Part shown: positions 16,571-25,659 of the stretch, in pieces
How positions within the stretch are numbered: the stretch's first letter is position 1
Layout: each line of letters starts with the position of its first letter
Source: Candidatus Eremiobacteria bacterium
Lineage (GTDB): Bacteria > Vulcanimicrobiota > Vulcanimicrobiia > Vulcanimicrobiales > Vulcanimicrobiaceae
NCBI GenBank assembly: GCA_024281075.1
Contig: JAMXLK010000075.1
Coordinates: 397 to 64,396 of the forward strand
DNA length: 64,000 bases
Reading direction: 5' to 3'
Notes under the pieces: generated by a model
The model's database searches: none
Seen by the model: only the letters and a program-made list of their open reading frames with translations
What the model was told of the DNA's origin: nothing
Translations under genes and position numbers: made by a program

Positions 16571-17517
16571 GATCGTAGTGCCTCCGTGAGTCGTATCAAT
16601 TCCCTCTTCGCCGGGCCGGGTTCGATCGGCTCCAACGCGTTCTTGGCCAGCTCGACGAAGCGGCCGATCTCTACCTGCGTAGCCTCTAAACCGCCTTCGC
16701 GCGCGATTCCGTCGACGATCGCTGGGATCGCGTCGTTCGACCCATCATCGTAAAATCGGCTCACCTCGGCGCGAAAACCGCCGTTACCCGACGCCAATGC
16801 CGCGATGAGCGGTATCGTCGTCTTGCGTTCGGTCAGATCGTTCCCCGCCGGTTTGCCGAGCGAGCGTTCGTCGGCGACCATGTCGAGCAAATCGTCCTTC
16901 ATCTGAAACGCTATGCCGAAGGCCTCGCCGAACTCGTGGAGCGCGTGGATTTCACCGGCGCTGCCGCCGCCCATGATTGCGCCGCACTGTGCGGAAGCCG
17001 CAAAGAGGGACGCGGTCTTCTTGCGGGCGATCTCGACGTACGTTTCCAGCGGCAAATCGAGGTTTCCAAGTGCTTGAAGCTGGAGCACTTCGCCGTCACA
17101 GATATCCGCCAACGTTGCCGAGAGCACGTTTGGAATGGGATGCGGATAGTTGAGCGTGACGTTTTTGAAGATCCATGCAAAGAGGTAGTCACCCGCCAAA
17201 ACGCTGACGCGGTTCCCGTAATCTACCGCCGTCGCGTTGACGCCGCGTCGCGTCGCCGCATTGTCCACGACGTCGTCGTGAATCAGCGTGGCGACGTGAA
17301 TCAGCTCCATATACGCCGCGAGATGAAGATGCTCGGCGGCATTTCCGCCGCACGCCTCCGCGGCGAGTAGGGTAACCCGCGGACGCAACCGCTTGCCGCC
17401 CGCCGCCAGCATTCGTTTGACGGCCTCGGTGATGATCGGATTATCCGTCGAGAACGTCGCGGCGAAGAAACGCTCGACGAGCGCGTGAAGATCGTCAAAC
17501 GTGCGGACCGCGCTCAC
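16567..17517 (-). CDS. Long-chain polyprenyl diphosphate synthase (hepta/octaprenyl type)
   Basis: First and second Asp-rich motifs (LIHDDVVDN, KDDLLD). GTGA overlap with the menG stop. Confidence 0.9.
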   Translation of the reverse strand: MSAVRTFDDLHALVERFFAATFSTDNPIITEAVKRMLAAGGKRLRPRVTLLAAEACGGNAAEHLHLAAYMELIHVATLIHDDVVDNAATRRGVNATAVDYGNRVSVLAGDYLFAWIFKNVTLNYPHPIPNVLSATLADICDGEVLQLQALGNLDLPLETYVEIARKKTASLFAASAQCGAIMGGGSAGEIHALHEFGEAFGIAFQMKDDLLDMVADERSLGKPAGNDLTERKTTIPLIAALASGNGGFRAEVSRFYDDGSNDAIPAIVDGIAREGGLEATQVEIGRFVELAKNALEPIEPGPAKRELIRLTEALRS

Positions 17518-18242
17518 CCTTCGCTTCCTTTGGTTCCGTAATGAACGGCGATCGCGCCCCCCATAAGGGGCACGTAACCGGCGCCCGTAAATCCGGCACG
17601 GGCAAAACGATCGCGCAGATCGGGCGCGTTGGGGTGATGGGTGAGCGAGTTCGGCAGATAGGCGTATGCGGCGCGCGAGCCGCCGACGATACCGCCCAGC
17701 AGCGGAACTATGCGGTAGAAATAGAGATCGAAAAGCCGTTTATACGTCCGGTTCGGCGCTTTCGTTACGTCGAGGCTTACGAATCGCGCGCCCGGACGCA
17801 GAACGCGAAGGACCTCGCGGAGCGTCGCATCGACGTCCACGACGTTGCGCAGGGAAAATCCCATCGTCGCGCCGTCGAAGGCGTCGTCTTCAAAGGGCAT
17901 CGCCATGACGTCGCCTTCGACGAACGTCGCTTTTCGGTGCGCCTGCTCGGCGCGATGCTGCGCGCGCTGCAGCATCGGCGCGCAAAAATCGATGCCGGTA
18001 ACGTCGAGCGTGGGATCGTTGCGCAAAAGACCAAAGACCAAGTCGCCGGTTCCGCAGCAACAATCGAGGAGCCGCCCGCCCTTTGGTGCCGCGAGCAGCC
18101 GAATTGCCCGGCGCCGCCAGCGCTCGTCCAACCCGCCGGTGAGGACGCGATTTGCGAGATCGTAGCGGGGCGCGATGCGCGCGAACATTTCGCGGACGAA
18201 CGTCCCTTTATCGCCGGTGAGGCGGCTCGGAGCCGAAGTCAT
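17514..18242 (-). CDS. menG: Demethylmenaquinone/ubiquinone methyltransferase
   Basis: UbiE/MenG signature (YDLANRVLTGGLDERWRR, LDCCCGTGD, FSLRNV). Confidence 0.9.
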   Translation of the reverse strand: MTSAPSRLTGDKGTFVREMFARIAPRYDLANRVLTGGLDERWRRRAIRLLAAPKGGRLLDCCCGTGDLVFGLLRNDPTLDVTGIDFCAPMLQRAQHRAEQAHRKATFVEGDVMAMPFEDDAFDGATMGFSLRNVVDVDATLREVLRVLRPGARFVSLDVTKAPNRTYKRLFDLYFYRIVPLLGGIVGGSRAAYAYLPNSLTHHPNAPDLRDRFARAGFTGAGYVPLMGGAIAVHYGTKGSEG

Positions 18243-18302
18243 GGATCTTCGTCAGGCTTCCCCCACTTGTGGGCGCCGGCCTTCGTCGTGATAAAGCGGC
18301 AT

Positions 18303-19094
18303 ATGCTGCAACTCAGCTCGCTTCAGAACGCAATCTCCAGCGTCGAGCGCGGCAACGACGTCGCCGTCGCGGCGTATACGCTGCACGGACCATTGCTGCA
18401 GGCGCTCGAAGAGGCGGCGCGCCACGGCGCGCACGTCGTCGTCGAACTCGAAAGCCATCCCTACGGCCGCGCAAAGCATGGTTTGGCGCGAGAAAACGTA
18501 CGCCTGGCAAAAGAACTGCGCGCTGCGGGCGCCGACGCGAGGCTTCGTCCCGGAGTTCACGCTAAGACGTTGAGCGTCGACGGTGCGCTCTACCTCGACG
18601 AAAAGAACTGGCATTCACGCGACGTGATTCTGCGCGAGGACGATGCCGCCGAAGCCGCGGCGATTCCGAGGAGCAAGCACGATGCACTCGCCGCCGAAGC
18701 CGGCATGCTTGCGCATTCGAGATCCAGCGACGGTCCAATCGTGGAGACGGAATCCTTCGGCACCGGCAATGCGACGTATTTTGCATTGCAGGCGCTGGGC
18801 CAAAGCGGTGCGGCTCCGCGGCTGCTCGTGAGCAAAGACGATTTGCGCGGCAATGCACGCGAGCGCGCCGTCCTGGAGCGTCTTGCCGCTCGCGGCGTTC
18901 GCGTTCGAATCTGTGCCGACAGCGAGAAGTTGGCGGTCGCGGGCGACCGGGCATGGCTGGGTTCGGCGAATGCGACGTACTCTGACGGGAACTTCGCGAT
19001 GTCGGATTGGGGTGTTTGTACCGCGAACGCCGCGATCGTCGAGACGGTGCGGACGCGTCTCGAGAACGAGTGGCGGAATGCAAAGGAATTGTAA
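18303..19094 (+). CDS. Phospholipase D-like (HKD superfamily) protein, second motif degenerate
   Basis: First half carries an HxKxxxxD motif (VHAKTLSVDG). The second half has SEKLAVAGD..WLGSAN, i.e. His replaced by Ser with GSxN retained. Only the part of ORF 17541-19094 downstream of ATG 18303 is non-overlapping and plausible. Confidence 0.62.
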   Translation: MLQLSSLQNAISSVERGNDVAVAAYTLHGPLLQALEEAARHGAHVVVELESHPYGRAKHGLARENVRLAKELRAAGADARLRPGVHAKTLSVDGALYLDEKNWHSRDVILREDDAAEAAAIPRSKHDALAAEAGMLAHSRSSDGPIVETESFGTGNATYFALQALGQSGAAPRLLVSKDDLRGNARERAVLERLAARGVRVRICADSEKLAVAGDRAWLGSANATYSDGNFAMSDWGVCTANAAIVETVRTRLENEWRNAKEL

Positions 19095-19127
19095 GGAAGC
19101 AACGATGCGTTGGCTCGCGCAATAAGA

Positions 19128-19889
19128 CTACAGATCGAAGAGCGCTTTGGCGTTTTCGTCGGTGGCGGCAATCAAATCGTCGCGCGTCATGCCGAGCAGC
19201 TCGGCGAGTTTGGCGGCAGTATGCGCGACGAACGACGGCTCGTTGCGCTTTCCGCGGACGGGCACCGGCGCGAGATAAGGGCAATCGGTCTCGAGCACGA
19301 GCCTGCCGGGGCCGACTTCTATGACCGCTTCACGCAGGCCCGAGGCGTTGGGGAACGTGAGCACGCCGCCGATTCCCAGATGAAGATCGAACTCGCCGAT
19401 GAACGCGCGCGCTTCCGCGGCCGTGCCCGTGAAGCAGTGTACGACGCCGCGCATGCCCTTGGTCCAGTCCGCGCGCAAGATTGAGCAAAAATCGTCAAAT
19501 GCATCGCGATGGTGGAAGACGACCGGCAGCCCGACGTCGCGCGCCAGCCTAATCTGGCTTCGTAGCACTTCCGCTTGCCGCGCGCGGGGGCTGTGGTCGT
19601 AATAGTAATCGAGCCCGGTCTCGCCGATTGCAATGACGCCCGGCGCATCGAGCAGCGCCCGAAGTTCTGCGGCGGCGTTGGGCGGTGCGCTTTTCGCTTC
19701 GTGCGGGTGAATGCCGACGGCAACCGAGATTTCATAAGGCTCGGCGAGCGCGATCGCTCGACGGCTGTCGGCGATGTCCTCACCGATCGTGATCATCGAC
19801 GTGACGCCGGTCTCGCGCGCTCGCGCGACGACGGCGTCGCGGTCGTCGTCGAATTGTTTATCGTGAACGTGGCAATGGGTGTCGATCAC
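19128..19889 (-). CDS. tatD: TatD-family metal-dependent hydrolase/DNase
   Basis: IDTHCH motif at the N-terminus and further conserved His/Asp residues (VVFHHRDA, HCFTG, ETDCPYL). GTG 19889 forms a GTGA overlap with the metG stop. Confidence 0.88.
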   Translation of the reverse strand: MIDTHCHVHDKQFDDDRDAVVARARETGVTSMITIGEDIADSRRAIALAEPYEISVAVGIHPHEAKSAPPNAAAELRALLDAPGVIAIGETGLDYYYDHSPRARQAEVLRSQIRLARDVGLPVVFHHRDAFDDFCSILRADWTKGMRGVVHCFTGTAAEARAFIGEFDLHLGIGGVLTFPNASGLREAVIEVGPGRLVLETDCPYLAPVPVRGKRNEPSFVAHTAAKLAELLGMTRDDLIAATDENAKALFDL

Positions 19890-21415
19890 GTCGATGCGAC
19901 GGTTTCGAACTCGATCTTCGGGAAGAGCGGTCCCGAGAGCGCCGTCTGCGTTGCCGGTGGCAGGCCTCCCCACGCGCCAAGCGCGCTCGCCCAGTCTTCA
20001 TCGATTCGGCCGGGCGCCCCGAGCTGTTCCCACATCTCGCTCATCCGTTCCGGCATGAACGGATGGAGCAGCATGGCCAGCCAGCGCAATCCCTCACAGA
20101 GATCGTAGAGCACGGCGTTGAGATCCTCAGTGCGAGCGGCCTTGTGTAGCTCCCAGGGCTTGCGCTCGTCGATCGTTTTATTGAGCGTCGTTACGAGCTC
20201 CCAAATACTTTCGAGCGCTTCACGGAAGCGCAACTCGAGAATGCGCTCGCGAACCATGATCGGCAGCGACGCAAATCGCTCCCCAAGCCCGCCGCGATGC
20301 GCGCCCCGCTCCGGAACGATTCCGTCCCGATAGCGCGCGAGCATCGAAAGCGTGCGCTGCAAAAGATTCCCGAGGTCGTTGGCGAGGTCGCTGTTGCGCC
20401 GCTGCGCGATCTTTTCTTCCGAATACGAAAAGTCGCTGCCGAACGGCGCCTCGCGCAAGAGAAAATAGCGCATCGCATCCGCGCCGAACCGATCGGCAAG
20501 GAGAAACGGGTCGACGGCGTTGTCGAGGCTCTTGCTCATCTTCTGTCCGTCCACCGTGATCCAGCCATGCGCGAAGACGAGCTCGGGCGCCGCCTCCCCG
20601 AGCGCCCAGAGGATTGCGGGCCAGATGATGGTGTGAAAGCGCGCGATCTCTTTTCCGACGAGTTGCGTCTGCGCAGGCCAGTAACGATGGAAGAACGCGT
20701 CGTCCTCGCTCCATCCGATTGCGGTGATGTAGTTGAGAAGCGCGTCGAGCCAAACGTAGATCACGCCGCCCTCCGGGATGGGGACGCCCCAGTCGAAGCT
20801 CGTTCGCGAAATCGAAAGATCGTCGAGGCCTTCCCGCAAGATCGCCATCATCTCGTTGTAGACGCTGCGCGGCTGCACCCATCCGGGATTGCGCTCGAAG
20901 TGCTCGATCAAACGGTCACGATACGCGGAGAGCCGGAAGAACCAGTCGTCTTCTGATATCCATTGGACCTCGCGTCCGCACGTCGGGCAGCGCCCGTTGA
21001 CCAATTTTGACTCGAGCCAAAACGTTTCGTCCGACACGCAGTACCAGCCCTCGTACTTGCCGAGATAGACGTCGCCGCGTTCACGCAAGCGTTCGAAGAC
21101 GCGCAGCACTTTCTCGACGTGGCGTGGTTCCGTAGTGCGGATGAAGTCGTCGTACTCGACGTGATAGGCGGCGAAGAGCGCCTTCCAACGCGGCACGAGT
21201 TCGTCGCACCATTCTTGCGGCGTCTTTCCCGCCGCCGCGGCGGCATTGGCGACCTTTTGCCCGTGTTCGTCGGTTCCCGTCAAGAAAAACGTCGGTCCAA
21301 ACGTGCGCGCGGTACGCGCCAGCACGTCGGCGACGATCGTCGTATAAGCGTGACCGATATGCGGGTTGCCGCTGATGTAATAGATCGGCGTCGTAACGTA
21401 ATAGGCCCGTTCCAT
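19886..21415 (-). CDS. metG: Methionyl-tRNA synthetase (short form)
   Basis: HIGH-type motif (GNPHIGHAYT), KMSKS, and a zinc knuckle (CPTCGRE). Confidence 0.95.
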   Translation of the reverse strand: MERAYYVTTPIYYISGNPHIGHAYTTIVADVLARTARTFGPTFFLTGTDEHGQKVANAAAAAGKTPQEWCDELVPRWKALFAAYHVEYDDFIRTTEPRHVEKVLRVFERLRERGDVYLGKYEGWYCVSDETFWLESKLVNGRCPTCGREVQWISEDDWFFRLSAYRDRLIEHFERNPGWVQPRSVYNEMMAILREGLDDLSISRTSFDWGVPIPEGGVIYVWLDALLNYITAIGWSEDDAFFHRYWPAQTQLVGKEIARFHTIIWPAILWALGEAAPELVFAHGWITVDGQKMSKSLDNAVDPFLLADRFGADAMRYFLLREAPFGSDFSYSEEKIAQRRNSDLANDLGNLLQRTLSMLARYRDGIVPERGAHRGGLGERFASLPIMVRERILELRFREALESIWELVTTLNKTIDERKPWELHKAARTEDLNAVLYDLCEGLRWLAMLLHPFMPERMSEMWEQLGAPGRIDEDWASALGAWGGLPPATQTALSGPLFPKIEFETVAST

Positions 21416-21421
21416 CTCGTG

Positions 21422-22270
21422 TTACCGCTTCTTAATCGCAGTTTTCCGGCGCGCCTTCCGCGCCGCGGCGCGCGCATAGAGCTGCTGCCGGTCGCCGAAA
21501 CCTCGTGCCGCCAAGAGTTTGGCGACTTCCCCAACGCGGTGACCGTCCTGCAGTAACGCGTCGATCGCCTCGCTCGTCGCTTCGAGCGGCCGCACCGGGC
21601 GTTGCGCCTCGTGCGGCCCGACCGCGAACGCGACCTCGCCGCGAACCGGCTGGCCGAGCCGCGCGCGCACTTCCTGCGGAGTTCCGGCCAGCTGCTCTTC
21701 GTGCACTTTGGTGTACTCGCGCACGAGAAAGACACGCGCATCGGGCGCGACCTCGGCAAGATCGGCGAGCGCGGCACGAATGCGTTGCGGGGACTCGTAC
21801 CAGATCGTGGTCGTATCGGGCTGCAGCGATCGCGCAAAGCGATCCCGTCGCGCCGCACCGGTTCGTGGCGGAAAACCTTCAAACGTGAAACGGCGCAGCG
21901 GAAAGCCGGAAAGCACCGCGACGCCGGTTGCGGCGCTCCCGCCGGGCAGTACGTCGACTGCAACGCCGTGCGCGCGCGCTGCCGCAATGAGCTCGCTGCC
22001 CGGATCCGAAATGCCGGGCATGCCGGCATCGGTCGTAACGGCGACGAGTGCGTCGCGCGCGCGTTCGACGATTGCCGCGGTGGCGCGTTGCGCGTTCTGC
22101 TCCCGATAGCTCCAGATTTCACGTCCCGGCAACTCCAGCGCGTGCAGCAGCTTGCGCGCGACGCGCGTATCTTCGGCGACGATGAGCTGTGCTTCGCGCA
22201 GCACGTCCAGCCCGCGCAGCGTCACGTCCCGCAGGTTCCCGAGCGGCGTGGGTACGAAGACCAGCGGCAT
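21422..22270 (-). CDS. rsmI: 16S rRNA (cytidine1402-2'-O)-methyltransferase
   Basis: N-terminus VPTPLGNLRDVTLRGL..AEDTR and a tetrapyrrole-methylase-fold signature (SDAGMPGISDPG). Confidence 0.9.
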   Translation of the reverse strand: MPLVFVPTPLGNLRDVTLRGLDVLREAQLIVAEDTRVARKLLHALELPGREIWSYREQNAQRATAAIVERARDALVAVTTDAGMPGISDPGSELIAAARAHGVAVDVLPGGSAATGVAVLSGFPLRRFTFEGFPPRTGAARRDRFARSLQPDTTTIWYESPQRIRAALADLAEVAPDARVFLVREYTKVHEEQLAGTPQEVRARLGQPVRGEVAFAVGPHEAQRPVRPLEATSEAIDALLQDGHRVGEVAKLLAARGFGDRQQLYARAAARKARRKTAIKKR

Positions 22271-22529
22271 GGCGCGGAGCTTCGACGTCGAGAACCTACC
22301 TCCGGGAGCAAAGCTCGAGCTCTACATTTCTCCGAGCTGTCCCTATTGCCGCAGCGCCATGGCGTATTACGACTCGAAGGGCACGCCGTATACGAAGTAC
22401 GACGCGCAGAACGATCGCGGCGCGCGCGAGCGCATGTTCGCCTACACGAAAGGCGATCCGACCGTTCCGGCAATCGTCGTTAACGGCGAGTACGTGCAAT
22501 CCGGATGGGGCTCGCCGCCGCACGGTTGA
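22269..22529 (+). CDS. Glutaredoxin-like protein
   Basis: CPYC redox motif and a VPAIVVNG thioredoxin-fold signature. ATG 22269 overlaps the rsmI start (CATG). Confidence 0.75.
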   Translation: MARSFDVENLPPGAKLELYISPSCPYCRSAMAYYDSKGTPYTKYDAQNDRGARERMFAYTKGDPTVPAIVVNGEYVQSGWGSPPHG

Positions 22530-22629
22530 ACGATCCACTAGACGCGCCGGTCGGCGCGAAGTGATGCGAAGCGGCGGGCGCGAAGAAGCTGGGAAGCTCC
22601 TCGTTGCTTAGGGAGGCACCTTCGAGAAA

Positions 22630-22938
22630 ATGGACCGTAATTCGGCGGCTACCGCAAGCGCCGTGGCGGCGTTTGCCTTCATTTACATCATCATCATCTG
22701 CGTCGTTGTCGCGTTCACCCTTTGGGTCTACTGGCGCATCTTCGCGAAGGCCGGCTACAACGGCTCGCTCTCGCTGCTCAACCTGATTCCGGGCGTCGGG
22801 CCGCTCATCTGCGTGCTCATTCTCGCATTCGGCCGCTGGCCGATCGAGGATCAGCTCGCCGCGCTGCAAGGCGGCACGATCGCGCCGACGGTTCCGCCGC
22901 CCGCGGCGCCTGGCACGTCCGTCATGCCGACTGCTTAG
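22630..22938 (+). CDS. Small two-TM membrane protein (resembles DUF5684-type proteins)
   Basis: Two hydrophobic segments flank IFAKAGYNGSLSLLNLIPGVGP, followed by a Pro-rich tail. An AGGGAGG SD lies upstream, though the spacing is long. Confidence 0.6.
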   Translation: MDRNSAATASAVAAFAFIYIIIICVVVAFTLWVYWRIFAKAGYNGSLSLLNLIPGVGPLICVLILAFGRWPIEDQLAALQGGTIAPTVPPPAAPGTSVMPTA

Positions 22939-24380
22939 GCGTCGCCTTCCCAGAGCGCGGCGATCCACGCTTCGACGTCGTCGCCGCGCGACGGCAGACT
23001 CGCAGAAAGATTCTCGGGTCCGGAGCCGGTCACCGCGATGTCGTCCTCGATGCGTACGCCGATCCCGCGGAACCGCTCGGGAACCGTCGCGTCGTCAGGC
23101 TGGAAGTAACAGCCCGGCTCGACCGTGAGGACCATGCCTTCACGCAGCTTGCCGTGCCGGTATTCACTGCTGCGCGCCTCGGCACAGTCGTGAACGTCGA
23201 GACCGAGCATATGGCTGACGCCGTGCAACGTATACCGGCGATGGTAGAGGCGATCCGGATCGAGCGCCTCATCGAGCGACGTCTTGAGGATTCCGAGATC
23301 GATCAAACCTTGCGCCAGAACGCGAACCGCCCGGCGGTGCGGTTCTAGGAAATCGTTTCCGGCGACGGCCGCTTCGATTCCGGCGCGCTGCGCCTCCCAA
23401 ACGAGGTCGTACACGGCGCGCTGCTCGCCTGAATAACGCCCCGAGATCGGAAGCGTGCGCGTGATATCGGCGGTGTAGAGCGAATCGCATTCGACGCCGG
23501 CGTCCAGCAACAGCAGCGCGCCCGGATGCAGCGCACCTTCGTTGCGCGTCCAATGCAGCGTGCAGGCATGTTCGGCAGCCGCCGCAATCGTGAGATAACC
23601 GACGTCGTTGGCGTCGGTACGCGCGCGGCTCCAAAACGCCGCTTCGATCGCGCGTTCGCTGGTTGCGGTTCGCATGACGCGAATCACGTCTTCGAAGGCG
23701 CGTTTGGAGATGGCGCACGCTTTGCGCAGCTCTTCAAGCTCGTACTCGTCCTTGACGAGACGCGCCTCCGAGAGATACGTCGCGAGCTCCGCATCGGAAT
23801 CCCGCGCTCCGAACTGCCGGTCGACCTCATCGTCGTGGCCGCGCAGCACGCGCACCGGATACTTTGCGGCATCGAGCTGCTCGAGATACTCCGGTACGGC
23901 GTGCATCGGGCGGCAGTCGTCGACGCCGTAATAGGCCCGGCTCTCGTCCACGCCGCGATGGCGGCCGACCCACAGCTCGCCGTAGACGCGGTCCGTGAAG
24001 AACTCGCGCGTACCGCGGTTATGCGCCGGAACGAAGAGCAGGCTCCGGTGCGCCGCGCCTTCGGGCTCGAGCACGAGCAGCGCGCCGGTTTCCCCTCCGC
24101 CGATCAGATACGCGAAATCGCTCGACGGACGAAAGCGAAACGACGTGTCGTTCGCGCGCACGCGCTCGCGGCCGGCCGGAATCACGAGATACGTGCCGGG
24201 ATACGCCTTGCTCAACGCTTCTCGCCGCTGCGCAAACCGATTCGACTCGGGATGCACCGCGCGCTCGACGGGGCGGTCGATCCAGTTCCCCGTCATAAAC
24301 TCGACGAGGGCGGCAGGCGGCTCGAAGTCGTGGCTTGCAGTCCGCGGCTCGGCTGGGACGTCGGCGATTCTTTCAGACAT
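22935..24380 (-). CDS. pepP: Xaa-Pro aminopeptidase (M24B)
   Basis: AMP_N domain plus the M24 metal ligands (DAGVECDSLYTADITRT, HGVSHMLGLDVHD, VLTVEPG, GIGVRIEDD). Confidence 0.9.
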   Translation of the reverse strand: MSERIADVPAEPRTASHDFEPPAALVEFMTGNWIDRPVERAVHPESNRFAQRREALSKAYPGTYLVIPAGRERVRANDTSFRFRPSSDFAYLIGGGETGALLVLEPEGAAHRSLLFVPAHNRGTREFFTDRVYGELWVGRHRGVDESRAYYGVDDCRPMHAVPEYLEQLDAAKYPVRVLRGHDDEVDRQFGARDSDAELATYLSEARLVKDEYELEELRKACAISKRAFEDVIRVMRTATSERAIEAAFWSRARTDANDVGYLTIAAAAEHACTLHWTRNEGALHPGALLLLDAGVECDSLYTADITRTLPISGRYSGEQRAVYDLVWEAQRAGIEAAVAGNDFLEPHRRAVRVLAQGLIDLGILKTSLDEALDPDRLYHRRYTLHGVSHMLGLDVHDCAEARSSEYRHGKLREGMVLTVEPGCYFQPDDATVPERFRGIGVRIEDDIAVTGSGPENLSASLPSRGDDVEAWIAALWEGDA

Positions 24381-24415
24381 GGTTCGAGCAAGATTCGCTG
24401 AACCGTCGAGGGGTC

Positions 24416-24784
24416 ATGCCGGAGCCGATTCGTGCCACCGACACGCTCGCTAACGAGCGTACGTACTTAGCCTACATCCGCACGGCGCTTGCTTTTATTG
24501 CCTTCGGCTTCGTTATCGCGCGTTTCTCGCTCTTCGCGCGCGAGTTTTCGACGCTGTCACATCGATCGAACGCCGAGCCTGGAACTTCGACGTTTTTCGG
24601 CACCGGGATGGCGATCTTCGGCATCTTCGTCGCGCTGCTCGGCGCGTGGCGTTACGCGCGCACCGATCGCTTTCTGCGCGAGGGCCGCGTCTCGACGCTT
24701 TCGGGTCTTGCGGGTTATTTGATCTCGCTTTTCGTCGTTGCGGTCGGCGCGGTCGTCGCGTTCTCGCTCGTTTCCTATCGTTAA
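24416..24784 (+). CDS. DUF202 (YidH-family) membrane protein
   Basis: LANERTYLAYIRTALA signature and three TM segments. ATG 24416 chosen. Confidence 0.75.
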   Translation: MPEPIRATDTLANERTYLAYIRTALAFIAFGFVIARFSLFAREFSTLSHRSNAEPGTSTFFGTGMAIFGIFVALLGAWRYARTDRFLREGRVSTLSGLAGYLISLFVVAVGAVVAFSLVSYR

Positions 24785-25659
24785 ACCGACACTTCCAAGC
24801 TGAAGTCCAACGCGGGCGCGCTGTGCGTCAGTGCGCCGACGCTGATGACGTCGACGCCGGTGCGCGCGATTTCCGCCACGTTCGCTTCGGTAACGCCGCC
24901 GCTGGCTTCGGTAACGACGCGTCCGTCGACGATCCGCACCGCCTCACCTAGCTGCGATGGCGCCATATTGTCGAGCAAGACGGCATCGATCGGTGCTTCG
25001 AGCGCTTCGCGAAGCTGGTCGAGATTGTCGACTTCTACCTCGATTTTGATCGTGTGCCCGGCGAGAGCGCGCGTCGCCGCGATCGCCGCGCGCACGGAGC
25101 CGGCCAATGCGAGGTGATTGTCTTTGATCAAGATCGCGTCGTCGAGTCCGAAGCGATGATTCGTGCCGCCGCCGCACGCAACCGCATATCGTTCGAGCGC
25201 ACGCAGTCCCGGCGTGGTCTTACGCGTATCGGCGATTTTTGCGTGCGTCTCCGCGACGAGGTCGACGAGTTTACGCGTCGCCGTGGCAATTCCGGAAAGC
25301 CTGCTCAAGATGTTCAGCGCGGTCCGTTCGCCGGTCAGAATCGCGCGCGCGCGGCCCTCGATCTCCGCAACCGTTCCGCCCGCGTCGACGCGTTCGCCCT
25401 CGGCGGTGCGCGCGGCGATCGCCACGTCATCGTCGAGCAAACGAAAGGCCAGTGCGGCAAACGGCACTCCCGCAACGATGCCGGAGCGCCGCGCGACGAT
25501 GCGCGCCGTGGCGCGTCGCTGGGGATCGACGATCGCATCGGTCGTCAAATCGCCGCCGCGGCCGAGATCCTCCAGCAGCGCGGCGCGAACGACCGGCTCG
25601 GCGATCAGTTCAGGCGACGCTGCGTAGCCGCGTAAAGGAGCGTTTGGCAAAGGCTTCAT
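24781..25659 (-). CDS. nadC: Nicotinate-nucleotide pyrophosphorylase (quinolinate phosphoribosyltransferase)
   Basis: TRKTTPGLR, GGGTNHRFGLDD, LIKDNH motifs. Confidence 0.92.
   Translation of the reverse strand: MKPLPNAPLRGYAASPELIAEPVVRAALLEDLGRGGDLTTDAIVDPQRRATARIVARRSGIVAGVPFAALAFRLLDDDVAIAARTAEGERVDAGGTVAEIEGRARAILTGERTALNILSRLSGIATATRKLVDLVAETHAKIADTRKTTPGLRALERYAVACGGGTNHRFGLDDAILIKDNHLALAGSVRAAIAATRALAGHTIKIEVEVDNLDQLREALEAPIDAVLLDNMAPSQLGEAVRIVDGRVVTEASGGVTEANVAEIARTGVDVISVGALTHSAPALDFSLEVSV

Noticed and set aside
17541-18302. N-terminal extensions of ORF-track entries: 17541-18302 of the PLD-like ORF, 46951-47127, 52363-52659, 52621-52893, 9216-9470, 9142-9225, 707-824, 15487-15561 and 27155-27226.
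   Set aside because: The extensions overlap well-supported neighbouring genes and are non-homologous. Internal starts that fit homology, signal peptides or start-stop overlaps are available.
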